DNA of 64,000 nucleotides from a virus (Duplodnaviria; Heunggongvirae; Uroviricota; Caudoviricetes): IMG/VR virus record IMGVR_UViG_651053022_000004, positions 1 to 64,000 of that record; one strand, 5' to 3'. Shown piece by piece: positions 9,608 to 23,120 of this stretch (position 1 is its first letter; each line of letters starts with the position of its first letter). The notes under the pieces were generated by a model. It saw only the letters and a program-made list of their open reading frames with translations, ran no database searches and was not told where the DNA came from. The position numbers and the translations under genes were made by a program.

Positions 9608-10054
9608 GTTTTACATGCCTTGACTTATCGGATGAAATTCTCTTACTAAATTTAACGGCAGTTTAATAGCCGTACAACTCGTGGTAGCCAGGGAAATATC
9701 CCAGTCGTGGTTAAGGTTGTACTTGACGGCTATTATTTCAACAATGCTTAAAGTGAGAGCTTAAGGTTATGCGTATGTTTTACAGTCCGAGTAGATTCTG
9801 ACCAATAGCTTCTTTGTATAATTCTGTCAGAAATAAATCTTGGCTTGCATGAAGTTTGAGACCTTATCTTGTTTGATTATGAATAATCAATTCGCCATAA
9901 TTGTATCACCGGAGCCTGAACAACTCCGGTGACTTCTGCGCTAAACGGGGACGTTTATGCGCACACACAATCCAAACTCTCTTCTCCCTTCACAGATGCA
10001 GAAATGCACCTGCGTTTTTTTGCATCTAGCGTCTGACCTCTGTGGAGGTGAAGC

Positions 10055-10510
10055 GTGAACCTACCACAAGATGGCATCAAACTGCATCGCGGTAACTTCA
10101 TCGCTATCGGCCAGCAGATCCAGCCTTATCTGGAGAACGGAAAATGCTTTCGCATGGTGCTTAAACCGTGGCGTGAGAAACGCAGTCTTTCCCAGAATGC
10201 ACTCAGCCACATGTGGTACAGCGAAATCAGTGAATACCTCATCAGCAGGGGGAAATCGTTCGCTACCGCAGCATGGGTAAAAGATGCTCTCAAACACACA
10301 TACCTCGGTTATGAAACCAAGGACCTGGTTGATGTCGTAACCGGCGAAATCACTACTATCCAGTCGTTACGCCATACCTCCGATCTCGATACCGGAGAGA
10401 TGTATGTCTTCCTGTGTAAGGTTGAAGCCTGGGCGGTGAATATTGGCTGCCACCTGACTATTCCGCAGAGCTGCGAGTTCCAGCTGCTGCGCGACAAGCA
10501 GGAGGCGTAA
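10055..10510 (+). CDS. ybcN: YbcN-like nin-region protein (GTG start)
   Basis: 151-aa translation matches my recollection of E. coli DLP12 YbcN; RSLSQN motif; GGAGG upstream. Confidence 0.65.
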   Translation: MNLPQDGIKLHRGNFIAIGQQIQPYLENGKCFRMVLKPWREKRSLSQNALSHMWYSEISEYLISRGKSFATAAWVKDALKHTYLGYETKDLVDVVTGEITTIQSLRHTSDLDTGEMYVFLCKVEAWAVNIGCHLTIPQSCEFQLLRDKQEA

Positions 10511-10680
10511 TGGCTACACCGCTTATTCGTGTCATGAACGGACACATCTACAGAGTACCAAATCGTCGTAAGCGTAAGCCTGAGCTGAAACCATCCGAAA
10601 TACCAACACTGCTCGGATATACCGCCAGCCTGGTTGATAAAAAATGGTTGCGACTGGCAGCAAGGAGGAATCATGGCTGA
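10510..10680 (+). CDS. ninE: NinE-like small protein
   Basis: 56-codon ORF ([56 protein letters not shown]) read from the sequence; below the ORF-track size cut-off. Confidence 0.6.
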   Translation: MATPLIRVMNGHIYRVPNRRKRKPELKPSEIPTLLGYTASLVDKKWLRLAARRNHG

Positions 10681-10963
10681 CTTGAGAAAAGCAGCGCGTG
10701 GTCGGGAATGCCAGGTAAGAATCCCTGGCGTATGTAATGGCAATCCTGAAACGTCAGTACTGGCACATATCCGGCTGGCTGGATTGTGCGGTACCGGTAT
10801 CAAACCGCCAGACCTGATTGCCACCATTGCATGTTCTGCCTGCCACGACGAAATCGACCGTCGCACGCATTTTGTTGACGCTGGATATGCAAAAGAATGT
10901 GCGCTGGAAGGTATGGCGAGAACACAGGTTATCTGGCTGAAAGAGGGGGTAATTAAGGCGTGA
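10673..10963 (+). CDS. ybcO: YbcO-like protein (start at internal ATG after AAGGAGG)
   Basis: 96-aa product [35 protein letters not shown]... with Cys cluster; matches recollection of DLP12 YbcO. Confidence 0.7.
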   Translation: MADLRKAARGRECQVRIPGVCNGNPETSVLAHIRLAGLCGTGIKPPDLIATIACSACHDEIDRRTHFVDAGYAKECALEGMARTQVIWLKEGVIKA

Positions 10964-11322
10964 ATACTTACTGCATCACACTACCCTGGCCGCCGAGCAA
11001 TAATCGCTATTACCGCCATAATCGCGGACGCACGCATATCAGCGCAGAGGGGCAGGCATACCGCGATAATGTCGCCCGAATCATTAAAAACGCAATGCTG
11101 GATATCGGCCTGGCTATTCCTGTGAAAATCAGCATTGAGTGCCACATGCCGGATCGCCGTCGCCGTGACCTTGATAATCTGCAAAAGGCCGCTTTTGACG
11201 CACTCACCAAAGCAGGTTTCTGGCTGGATGATGCTCAGGTCGTTGATTACCGCGTTGTGAAGATGCCCGTTACCAAAGGTGGGAAGCTGGAGCTGACTAT
11301 CACTGAACTGGGAGATGAATGA
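10960..11322 (+). CDS. rusA: RusA Holliday-junction resolvase
   Basis: 120-aa translation ([38 protein letters not shown]...) matches RusA. Confidence 0.9.
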   Translation: MNTYCITLPWPPSNNRYYRHNRGRTHISAEGQAYRDNVARIIKNAMLDIGLAIPVKISIECHMPDRRRRDLDNLQKAAFDALTKAGFWLDDAQVVDYRVVKMPVTKGGKLELTITELGDE

Positions 11323-11459
11323 TGTTTGAGTCTTATATGGCAGAACGTCTTCGCCGCCGCTGGGTGCGCCTGCGCTTATATCGTTTTCCTAGTTCTGTTT
11401 TGACCGATTACCGGATACTGAAGAATTACGCCAAAACACTGAAAGGAGCTGCCGCATGA
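11319..11459 (+). CDS. ylcG: YlcG-like small protein
   Basis: 46-codon ORF ([46 protein letters not shown]) between rusA and the Q-like gene; read directly from the sequence. Confidence 0.55.
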   Translation: MMFESYMAERLRRRWVRLRLYRFPSSVLTDYRILKNYAKTLKGAAA

Positions 11460-12145
11460 ATACCCAATATTTACAGTATGTCCGCGAGCAACTCATTGTG
11501 GCTACCGCTGATTTGAGCGGAGCAACGAAAGGACAGCTTGAAGCCTGGCTGGAGCATGCACAATTTGATACTGGTACATACAAACGAAAGAAGCCGCGCA
11601 TTCTGGATGAGGTAACTGGCAGGATGATTACGCTGGATAATCCGCCGATTTCCGGTAAGCAGTTGTACGCAAAAGGTTCATCCATTGCACTGGTCAGCCA
11701 GGTTGAGTTCTCAACCTCGTCATGGCGCCGCGCGGTTCTGTCTCTCGAAGAACATCAGAAAGCGTGGTTGCTGTGGAGTTACAGCGAAAGTGTTCGCTGG
11801 GAACATCAGGTCACCATAACGCAGTGGGCATGGAGCGAGTTTAAGACTCTGTTGGGTACCAGGAAAATTGCAGGTAAAACACTGGAACGTTTGAAGAAGT
11901 TGATCTGGCTGGCGGCACAGGATGTGAAGAACGAGCTGGCAGGGCGTAAGACCTATGAATACCAGGAGCTGGCATCACTGGTGGGAGTGACATCAAAAAA
12001 CTGGTCTGAGACATTTACTGAACGCTGGGTTGCAATGAAGCACATTTTTCTACAGCTTGATAGCCAAGCTTTATTGCTTTTAACGAAAACACGTTCAAAA
12101 CAAAAGACCATATTTTCACAGCAAGATATTGCAAAACTGGATTAA
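11456..12145 (+). CDS. Late-gene antiterminator Q-like protein (not lambda Q)
   Basis: 229-aa ORF immediately upstream of the lysis cassette and downstream of the nin region; assignment by position and size. Confidence 0.55.
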   Translation: MNTQYLQYVREQLIVATADLSGATKGQLEAWLEHAQFDTGTYKRKKPRILDEVTGRMITLDNPPISGKQLYAKGSSIALVSQVEFSTSSWRRAVLSLEEHQKAWLLWSYSESVRWEHQVTITQWAWSEFKTLLGTRKIAGKTLERLKKLIWLAAQDVKNELAGRKTYEYQELASLVGVTSKNWSETFTERWVAMKHIFLQLDSQALLLLTKTRSKQKTIFSQQDIAKLD

Positions 12146-12212
12146 AAATCATATATTTTATGTAAATCTGATATTTTGCCAATGTTGTACGCACTGGCAG
12201 TAATCCAAATTC

Positions 12213-12250
12213 AAGCCCGAGGTTTAAAGCCTTGGGCTTTTCTGTTTCTG
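12213..12250 (+). terminator. Candidate terminator in the late leader region
   Basis: Hairpin agcccgagg-tttaaa-ccttgggct followed by tttctgtttctg. Confidence 0.4.
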
Positions 12251-12324
12251 AACGGTGAGTAGCCTTCCAACCTACCCCAGCCAGGGTGTCTTCAGCTGTT
12301 GAGTTGATATTGCTTAACCCTCTG

Positions 12325-12350
12325 TTGCCAGCTACATGCTGGCTTTTTTA
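12325..12350 (+). terminator. Candidate second terminator in the late leader region
   Basis: Hairpin gccagctacatgctggc followed by a T-run. Confidence 0.4.
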
Positions 12351-12454
12351 TTCCAGGCTTGCGGGGAGCATCAACTCCGTGCTTTGTCGTTAAATTACCC
12401 CGTGAGCCTGATTTCTGACATTTAACGTCCCGGCCTTTTGTCGGCGGCGAAACA

Positions 12455-12772
12455 TTGGCTATTCATATGCACGAAAAAGAGAGCCTTGCCGGAGCGTTCT
12501 GGCTCGTTTTGCTGATCATCGCAGGTTGGGGCGGTCTGGTCCGCTACCTGATAGATGTGAAGCAGAGTAAAGCAACGTGGAGTTGGATAAATGCTCTGGC
12601 TCAAATAGTGGTATCAGGATTCACCGGTGTTATTGGTGGCCTGATCAGCATCGAAAGTGGATTCAGTATTTACATGATTCTCGCGACAGCGGGGATTAGT
12701 GGTGCGATGGGTTCGGTTGCACTGACGTACTTCTGGGAACGACTGACAGGGGTGAAAAATGCAAAATCTTAA
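12455..12772 (+). CDS. Holin, three predicted transmembrane segments (not lambda S)
   Basis: 105-aa hydrophobic ORF directly upstream of and overlapping the endolysin gene; possible dual start (M1/M5). Confidence 0.7.
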   Translation: MAIHMHEKESLAGAFWLVLLIIAGWGGLVRYLIDVKQSKATWSWINALAQIVVSGFTGVIGGLISIESGFSIYMILATAGISGAMGSVALTYFWERLTGVKNAKS

Positions 12773-13235
12773 TCCTCAGCGTAAAGCCTTCCTCGATATG
12801 TTGGCGTGGTCAGAAGGAACGGATAACGGGCGACAACCGACACGTAACCACGGTTATGATGTTATTGTTGGCGGCGAACTGTTTACTGATTACTCCGATC
12901 ACCCTCGCAAACTTGTCACGCTACACCCCAAACTCAAATCAACAGCCGCCGGACGTTATCAGCTTCTTTCACGCTGGTGGGATGCTTACCGTAAACAGCT
13001 TGGTTTGAAAGACTTCTCCCCCAAAAGCCAGGACGCAGTGGCATTACAGCAGATTAAAGAGCGTGGTGCTTTACCGATGATTGATCGCGGTGATATCCGT
13101 CAGGCAATCGACCGTTGCAGCAATATCTGGGCTTCACTGCCGGGCGCTGGTTATGGTCAGTTCGAGCATAAGGCTGACAGCCTGATTGCAAAATTCAAAG
13201 AAGCTGGCGGAACGCTCAGAGAGAGTGAGGTATGA
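12759..13235 (+). CDS. R: Endolysin R (lambda-type lytic transglycosylase)
   Basis: 158-aa translation (…[45 protein letters not shown]...) matches lambda R. Confidence 0.95.
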   Translation: MQNLNPQRKAFLDMLAWSEGTDNGRQPTRNHGYDVIVGGELFTDYSDHPRKLVTLHPKLKSTAAGRYQLLSRWWDAYRKQLGLKDFSPKSQDAVALQQIKERGALPMIDRGDIRQAIDRCSNIWASLPGAGYGQFEHKADSLIAKFKEAGGTLRESEV

Positions 13236-13693
13236 GCAGAATAACCGCGATTATCTCCGCTCTGGTTATCTGCGTCATCGTCTGCCTTTCATGGGCGGTT
13301 AATCATTACCGCGATAACGCGATTACCTACAAAGCCCAGCGCGACAAAAATGCCAGAGAACTGACGCTGGCGAACGCGGCAATTACTGACATACAGATGC
13401 GTCAGCGTGATGTTGCTGCGCTCGATGCAAAATACACGAAGGAGTTAGCTGATGCGAAAGCTGAAAATGATGCTCTGCGTGATGATGTTGCCGCTGGTCG
13501 TCGTCGGTTGCACATCAAAGCAGTCTGTCAGTCAGTGCGTGAAGCCACCACCGCCTCCGGCGTGGATAATGCAACCAGCCCCCGACTGGCAGACACCGCT
13601 GAACGGGATTATTTCACCCTCAGAGAGAGGCTGATCACTATGCAAAAACAACTGGAAGGAACCCAGAAGTATATTAATGAGCAGTGCAGATAG
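13232..13693 (+). CDS. Rz: Rz inner-membrane spanin
   Basis: 153-aa translation with N-terminal TM segment; matches lambda Rz. Confidence 0.9.
   Translation: MSRITAIISALVICVIVCLSWAVNHYRDNAITYKAQRDKNARELTLANAAITDIQMRQRDVAALDAKYTKELADAKAENDALRDDVAAGRRRLHIKAVCQSVREATTASGVDNATSPRLADTAERDYFTLRERLITMQKQLEGTQKYINEQCR
13452..13634 (+). CDS. Rz1: Rz1 outer-membrane lipoprotein spanin, embedded in Rz in the +1 frame
   Basis: 60-aa ORF with lipoprotein signal (…LPLVVVGC) and proline-rich segment, wholly inside Rz. Confidence 0.85.
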   Translation: MRKLKMMLCVMMLPLVVVGCTSKQSVSQCVKPPPPPAWIMQPAPDWQTPLNGIISPSERG

Positions 13694-13724
13694 AGCTGCC
13701 CATATCGATGGGCAACTCATGCAA

Positions 13725-13940
13725 TTATTGTGAGCAATACACACGCGCTTCCAGCGGAGTATAAATGCCTAAAGTAATAAAACCGAGCAATCCATTTACG
13801 CCAATTCCCGAAACGAAGAAATGATGGGTGATGGTTTCCTTTGGTGTTACTGCTGTCGGTTTGTTTCCAACAGTAAACGTCTGTTGAGCACATCCTGTAA
13901 TAAGCATTGCCAGAGCGGCAGAAAACAACATTTTTTTCAT
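13725..13940 (-). CDS. bor: Bor/Iss-family lipoprotein with an internal in-frame deletion
   Basis: 71-aa product MKKMLFSAALAMLITGCAQQTFTV...HHFFVSGIG/VNGLLGFITLGIYTPLEARVYCSQ; relative to lambda Bor as I recall it, ~26 residues are missing after GIG. Confidence 0.75.
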   Translation of the reverse strand: MKKMLFSAALAMLITGCAQQTFTVGNKPTAVTPKETITHHFFVSGIGVNGLLGFITLGIYTPLEARVYCSQ

Positions 13941-13989
13941 CTTATTATCCTGCATTGTTAAAAACGGCAGAATCCTATGTGACAACAAT

Positions 13990-14063
13990 TAAACGATAGT
14001 TAAATGGATTGATGAAAATTAAAACTACACAGGTGGGCTCAGACTATTGGAGGAAGTTGGGGA
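13990..14063. repeat. Repeat R1, copy A (second copy at ~53508-53582)
   Basis: taaacgatagttaaatggattgatgaaaattaaaacta identical at both sites, with partial similarity for ~30 nt more. Confidence 0.8.
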
Positions 14064-14125
14064 CACTCAGAATCCTGTGGAATGAAATAAACCGGTCTAT
14101 CCGTCCATTACCCTTTTAGCTGCGC

Positions 14126-14281
14126 TGTATCGTCGCCGTATTCCCGCATTAACCATGACCGTAGCCCGACGGGGAATTCCTTCTGCGTGAGTGTGCGGGA
14201 ATAATTAAAAACGATGCACACCGGGTTTTTACCGCGTTAATGATTCGCGGGTTTATCCCGGTGCGATGGTGGAAGAAACAG
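14126..14281. repeat. Repeat R2, copy A (second copy at ~34451-34621), contains nested inverted repeats
   Basis: ~155-nt noncoding segment roughly 80% identical by eye to 34451-34621; ccggg/ccgcg/cgcgg/cccgg nested stems at 14221-14261. Confidence 0.75.
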
Positions 14282-14420
14282 GAAGCTGTATTACAGAAAG
14301 TGCTACTACTGTATCCCGATGCGATGTATGTAATGTGAGTCAGATAATGGCACAGGATGTGGTGATGTGGCAGTCTGGAACACAGGATATATTGTCAGAA
14401 TAAGACCCGTAGGAATAAAA

Positions 14421-14747
14421 ATGAAAAGACGCCTTTTACTACTTTTTCTGTTATCTGTCCTGGCAGTGGGATGCTCGCAGCAAAAAGCTGATGAGCCCCG
14501 GCAATTAGTGACGGTGTATCCACGATATCCGGAATATGCTGCAGCAAATTATATCAAGGGGCTGGTTGAGGTTAAGTTCGATATTGGTGCTGATGGGACT
14601 GTGACACGGATCGTTTTTCTCCGCTCAGAGCCTCATAATTTGTTTCGTGATGAAGTGGTGAAGGCCATGGCGAAATGGCGATTTGAAAAGAATCGCCCCT
14701 GTCAGGGAGTGAAGAGACAATTTATCTTTACGCCGTCACGTCCTTGA
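14421..14747 (+). CDS. TonB C-terminal-domain-like lipoprotein (putative envelope protein)
   Basis: Start at MKRRLLLLFLLSVLAVGC (lipoprotein signal); C-terminal VYPRYPEYAAANYIKGLVEVKFDIGADGTV resembles the TonB C-terminal domain. Confidence 0.55.
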   Translation: MKRRLLLLFLLSVLAVGCSQQKADEPRQLVTVYPRYPEYAAANYIKGLVEVKFDIGADGTVTRIVFLRSEPHNLFRDEVVKAMAKWRFEKNRPCQGVKRQFIFTPSRP

Positions 14748-14869
14748 TGCTTCCAGGTAGAGAGGGGCTGGAAGCAGGAGAAAAATGAAAGAGCCAGCGG
14801 TTATATTTTTGTCATGGCTGACGAGGAATGATGGAAGAAGGCGTTGTATGCCACACAACGCCTCACTGT

Positions 14870-15223
14870 TCATTTCTTCTTTTTCTCTGGTGGAACCCGA
14901 TGAATAAGAGTTGCACTGGTTTCCGATGAGATGGCGATATACTCGGGCAAAGTATGCTGGCAGTTTTCCAACTGGTCAAAAATACCTGCTCTCGTCTGTT
15001 GCAATGCCTGCAGCATGCGGCGGCAATGCGCCTTGCTTTTACTAACCATCTTTCCTTCCTCTATCAGTCGCTGCGTGAACTCATCATGGAATACCAGGTA
15101 AATGCGGATGTTATCGGTTTTGGCTACGCAGCATAGTACAAAACGGACAGGTGCATCCCGGGACGGGGGAGGCGTCACATGTCCCTGTGATGGTTGTTCC
15201 GGGTAATGTACTGTGTGGGGCAT
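14870..15223 (-). CDS. Hypothetical ORF (possibly the 3' part of a frameshifted gene)
   Basis: 117-aa ORF overlapping the next minus-strand ORF in another frame. Confidence 0.2.
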   Translation of the reverse strand: MPHTVHYPEQPSQGHVTPPPSRDAPVRFVLCCVAKTDNIRIYLVFHDEFTQRLIEEGKMVSKSKAHCRRMLQALQQTRAGIFDQLENCQHTLPEYIAISSETSATLIHRVPPEKKKK

Positions 15224-15362
15224 AAAAATGTCCGATAATTTTACTTTCTACCGCAGTTAGTTGATTCGTTGGTCCTGGTAGCACATTGGGCGAGGATTTA
15301 AATGCCAGGCAACTGAAGGATGATGTCGCAAGGGAGATAGCGAGAATATTTCTGATTTTCAT
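15111..15362 (-). CDS. Hypothetical secreted/lipoprotein-like ORF
   Basis: Start at MKIRNILAISLATSSFSC (signal-peptide-like); overlaps 14870-15223. Confidence 0.2.
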   Translation of the reverse strand: MKIRNILAISLATSSFSCLAFKSSPNVLPGPTNQLTAVESKIIGHFYAPHSTLPGTTITGTCDASPVPGCTCPFCTMLRSQNR

Positions 15363-15449
15363 TTGATGATGCCTCTGTGTGAAATGACGGTAAACGACGC
15401 ACTTGTGCCGGCACATAATAGCAAGCACCATAATAGATCAGATTCGATT

Positions 15450-15699
15450 CTTGCTGTAAGTGATAATTATTCTCGTTTTCGGGTCCTTTCCGTCGATCCA
15501 ACAGGTTACGGGGCGGCGACCTCGCGGGTTTTCGCTATTTATGAAAATTTTCCGGTTTAAGGCGTTTCCGTTCTTCTTCGCCGTAACTTAATGTTTTTAT
15601 TTAAAACACTCCCTGAAAAGAAAGGAAACGACAGGTGCTGAAAACGGGCTTTTTGGCCTCTGTCGTTTCCTTTCTCTGTTTTTGTCCGTGGAATGAACA
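15450..15699. promoter_or_regulatory. cos region (terminase recognition and nicking sites)
   Basis: Sequence from gggcggcgacctcgcgggttttcgctatttatgaaaattttccgg... to the Nu1 start matches the lambda left end as I recall it. Confidence 0.85.
15511..15522. other. cosN 12-nt cohesive-end sequence gggcggcgacct
   Basis: Exact lambda cohesive-end sequence 189 nt upstream of the Nu1 start codon. Confidence 0.9.
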
Positions 15700-16219
15700 A
15701 TGGAAGTCAACAAAAAGCAGCTGGCTGACATTTTCGGCGCGAGTATCCGTACTATTCAGAACTGGCAGGAGCAGGGAATGCCCGTTCTGCGAGGCGGTGG
15801 GAAGGGTAATGAGGTGCTTTATGACTCTGCCGACGTCATAAAATGGTATGCCGAAAGGGATGCTGAAATTGAGAACGAAAAGCTGCGCCGGGAGGTTGAA
15901 GAACTGCGACAGGCCAGCGAGACAGATCTCCAGCCAGGGACTATTGAGTACGAACGCCATCGACTTACGCGTGCGCAGGCCGACGCACAGGAGCTGAAAA
16001 ATGCCAGAGACTCCGCTGAAGTGGTGGAAACCGCATTCTGTACTTTCGTGCTGTCGCGGATCGCAGGTGAAATTGCCAGTATTCTCGACGGGATCCCCCT
16101 GTCGGTGCAGCGGCGTTTTCCGGAACTGGAAAACCGACATGTTGATTTCCTGAAACGGGATATCATCAAAGCCATGAACAAAGCAGCCGCGCTGGATGAA
16201 CTGATACCGGGGTTGCTGA

Positions 16220-16245
<26 letters not shown>
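15700..16245 (+). CDS. nu1: Terminase small subunit Nu1
   Basis: 181-aa translation (MEVNKKQLADIFGASIRTIQNWQEQGMPVLRGGGKGNEVLYDS...) matches lambda Nu1. Confidence 0.97.
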
Positions 16246-19926
<3,681 letters not shown>

Positions 19927-19946
<20 letters not shown>

Positions 19947-21246
19947 TCTCCCGCATATTGCCAGTATGGCCTTTAATGAGCCGCTGATGCTTGAACCCGC
20001 CTATGCGCGGGTTTTCTTTTGTGCGCTTGCAGGCCAGCTTGGGATCAGCCGCCTGACGGATGCGGTATCCGGCGACAGCCTGACTGCCGGAGAGGCACCC
20101 GCGGCGCTGGCGTTATCCGTTGATGATGACGGACCACGACAGGCCCGCAGTTATCAGGTCATGAACGGCATCGCCGTGCTGCCGGTGTCCGGCACGCTGG
20201 TCAGTCGGACGCGAGCGCTGCAGCCGTATTCGGGGATGACCGGTTACAACGGCATTATCGCCCGTCTGCAACAGGCTGCCAGCGACCCGATGGTGGACGG
20301 CATTCTGCTCGATATGGATACGCCAGGCGGGATGGTGGCAGGGGCATTTGACTGCGCTGACATCATCGCCCGTGTGCGTGACATAAAGCCGGTATGGGCG
20401 CTGGCCAACGACATGAACTGCAGTGCAGGTCAGTTGCTTGCCAGCGCCGCCTCCCGACGTCTGGTCACGCAGACCGCCCGGACAGGCTCCATCGGCGTCA
20501 TGATGGCTCACAGTAATTACGGTGCTGCGCTGGAGAAACAGGGCGTGGAAATCACGCTGATTTACAGCGGCAGCCATAAGGTGGATGGCAACCCCTACAG
20601 CCATCTACCGGATGATGTCCGGGAAACACTGCAGTCCCGGATGGATGCAACCCGCCGGATGTTTGCACAGAAGGTGTCGGCATATACCGGCCTGTCCGTG
20701 CAGGCTGTGCTGGATACCGAGGCTGCAGTGTACAGCGGTCAGGAGGCCATTGATGCCGGACTGGCTGATGAACTTGTTAACAGTACCGATGCGATCACCG
20801 TCATGCGTGATGCACTGGATGCACGTAAATCCCGTCTCTCAGGAGGGCGAATGACCAAAGAGACTCAATCAACAACTGTTTCAGCCACTGCTTCGCAGGC
20901 TGACGTTACTGGCGTGGTGCCAGCGACGGAGGGCGAGAACGCCAGCGCTGCGCAGCCGGACGTGAACGCGCAGATCACCGCAGCGGTTGCGGCAGAAAAC
21001 AGTCGCATTATGGGGATCCTCAACTGTGAGGAAGCTCACGGACGCGAAGAACAGGCACGCGTGCTGGCCGAAACCCCTGGTATGACCGTGGAAACGGCCC
21101 GCCGCATTCTGGCAGTTGCACCACAGAGTGCACAGGCGCGCAGTGACACTGCGCTGGATCGTCTGATGCAGGGGGCACCGGCACCGCTGGCTGCAGGTAA
21201 CCTGGCATCTGATGCCGTTAACGATTTGCTGAACACACCAGTGTAA
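19927..21246 (+). CDS. C: Prohead protease/scaffold C (GTG start; Nu3 nested in frame)
   Basis: Translation from VTAELRNLPHIASMAFNEPLMLEPAYARVFF... matches lambda C; overlaps the B 3' end by 20 nt. Confidence 0.9.
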
Positions 21247-21255
21247 GGGATGTTT

Positions 21256-21588
21256 ATGACGAGCAAAGAAACCTTTACCCATTCCCAGCCGCTGGGCAAC
21301 AGTGACCCGGCTCATACCGCAACCGCGCCCGGCGGATTGAGTGCGAAAGCGCCTGCAATGACCCCGCTGATGCTGGACACCCCCAGCCGTAAGCTGGTTG
21401 CGTGGGATGGCACCACCGACGGTGCTGCCGTTGGCATTCTTGCGGTTGCTGCTGACCAGACCAGCACCACGCTGACGTTCTACAAGTCCGGCACGTTCCG
21501 TTATGAGGATGTGCTCTGGCCGGAGGCTGCCAGCGACGAGACGAAAAAACGGACCGCGTTTGCCGGAACGGCAATCAGCATCGTTTAA
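21256..21588 (+). CDS. D: Head decoration protein D
   Basis: Translation from [40 protein letters not shown]... matches lambda D. Confidence 0.95.
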   Translation: MTSKETFTHSQPLGNSDPAHTATAPGGLSAKAPAMTPLMLDTPSRKLVAWDGTTDGAAVGILAVAADQTSTTLTFYKSGTFRYEDVLWPEAASDETKKRTAFAGTAISIV

Positions 21589-21607
21589 CTTTACCCTTCA
21601 TCACTAA

Positions 21608-21630
21608 AGGCCGCCTGTGCGGCTTTTTTT
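21608..21630 (+). terminator. Candidate terminator/attenuator between D and E
   Basis: Hairpin gccgcctgtgcggc followed by a T-run. Confidence 0.45.
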
Positions 21631-21643
21631 ACGGGATTTTTTT

Positions 21644-22669
21644 ATGTCGATGTACACAACCGCCCAGCTGCTGGCGGCAAATGAGCAGAAATTTAAGTTT
21701 GATCCGCTGTTTCTGCGTCTCTTTTTCCGTGAGAGCTATCCCTTCACCACGGAGAAAGTCTATCTCTCACAAATTCCGGGACTGGTAAACATGGCGCTGT
21801 ACGTTTCGCCGATTGTTTCCGGTGAGGTTATCCGTTCCCGTGGCGGCTCCACCTCTGAATTTACGCCGGGATATGTCAAGCCGAAGCATGAAGTGAATCC
21901 GCAGATGACCCTGCGTCGCCTGCCGGATGAAGATCCGCAGAATCTGGTGGACCCGGCTTACCGCCGCCGTCGCATCATCATGCAGAACATGCGTGACGAA
22001 GAGCTGGCCATTGCTCAGGTCGAAGAGATGCAGGCAGTTTCTGCCGTGCTTAAGGGCAAATACACCATGACCGGTGAAGCCTTCGATCCGGTTGAGGTGG
22101 ATATGGGCCGCAGTGAGGAGAATAACATCACGCAGTCCGGCGGCACGGAGTGGAGCAAGCGTGACAAGTCCACGTATGACCCGACCGACGATATCGAAGC
22201 CTACGCGCTGAACGCCAGCGGTGTGGTGAATATCATCGTGTTCGATCCGAAAGGCTGGGCGCTGTTCCGTTCCTTCAAAGCCGTCAAGGAGAAGCTGGAT
22301 ACCCGTCGTGGTTCTAATTCCGAGCTGGAGACAGCGGTGAAAGACCTGGGTAAAGCGGTGTCCTATAAGGGGATGTATGGCGATGTGGCCATCGTCGTGT
22401 ATTCCGGACAGTACGTGGAAAACGGCGTCAAAAAGAACTTCCTGCCGGACAACACGATGGTGCTGGGGAACACTCAGGCACGCGGTCTGCGCACCTATGG
22501 CTGCATTCAGGATGCGGACGCACAGCTCGAAGGCATTAACGCCTCTGCCCGTTACCCGAAAAACTGGGTGACCACCGGCGATCCGGCGCGTGAGTTCACC
22601 ATGATTCAGTCAGCACCGCTGATGCTGCTGGCTGACCCTGATGAGTTCGTGTCCGTACAACTGGCGTAA
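21644..22669 (+). CDS. E: Major capsid protein E
   Basis: Translation from MSMYTTAQLLAANEQKFKFDPLFLRLFFRESYPFTTEKVYL... matches lambda E. Confidence 0.97.
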   Translation: MSMYTTAQLLAANEQKFKFDPLFLRLFFRESYPFTTEKVYLSQIPGLVNMALYVSPIVSGEVIRSRGGSTSEFTPGYVKPKHEVNPQMTLRRLPDEDPQNLVDPAYRRRRIIMQNMRDEELAIAQVEEMQAVSAVLKGKYTMTGEAFDPVEVDMGRSEENNITQSGGTEWSKRDKSTYDPTDDIEAYALNASGVVNIIVFDPKGWALFRSFKAVKEKLDTRRGSNSELETAVKDLGKAVSYKGMYGDVAIVVYSGQYVENGVKKNFLPDNTMVLGNTQARGLRTYGCIQDADAQLEGINASARYPKNWVTTGDPAREFTMIQSAPLMLLADPDEFVSVQLA

Positions 22670-22710
22670 TCATGGCCCTTCGGGGCCATTGTTTCTCTGT
22701 GGAGGAGTCC

Positions 22711-23109
22711 ATGACGAAAGATGAACTGATTGCCCGTCTCCGCTCGCTGGGTGAACAACTGAACCGTGATGTCAGCCTGACGGGGACGAAAGAAGAACTG
22801 GCGCTCCGTGTGGCAGAGCTGGAAGAGGAGCTTGATGACACGGATGAAACTGCCGGTCAGGACACCCCTCTCAGCCGGGAAAATGTGCTGACCGGACATG
22901 AAAATGAGGTGGGATCAGCGCAGCCGGATACCGTGATTCTGGATACGTCTGAACTGGTCACGGTCGTGGCACTGGTGACGCTGCATACTGATGCACTTCA
23001 CGCCACGCGGGATGAACCTGTGGCATTTGTGCTTCCGGGAACGGCGTTCCGTGTCTCTGCCGGTGTGGCAGCCGAAATGACAGAACGTGGCCTGGCCAGA
23101 ATGCAATAA
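22711..23109 (+). CDS. FI: DNA packaging protein FI
   Basis: Translation from MTKDELIARLRSLGEQLNRDVSLTGTKEELALRVAELEEELDD... matches lambda FI. Confidence 0.93.
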   Translation: MTKDELIARLRSLGEQLNRDVSLTGTKEELALRVAELEEELDDTDETAGQDTPLSRENVLTGHENEVGSAQPDTVILDTSELVTVVALVTLHTDALHATRDEPVAFVLPGTAFRVSAGVAAEMTERGLARMQ

Positions 23110-23120
23110 CGGGAGGCGCT

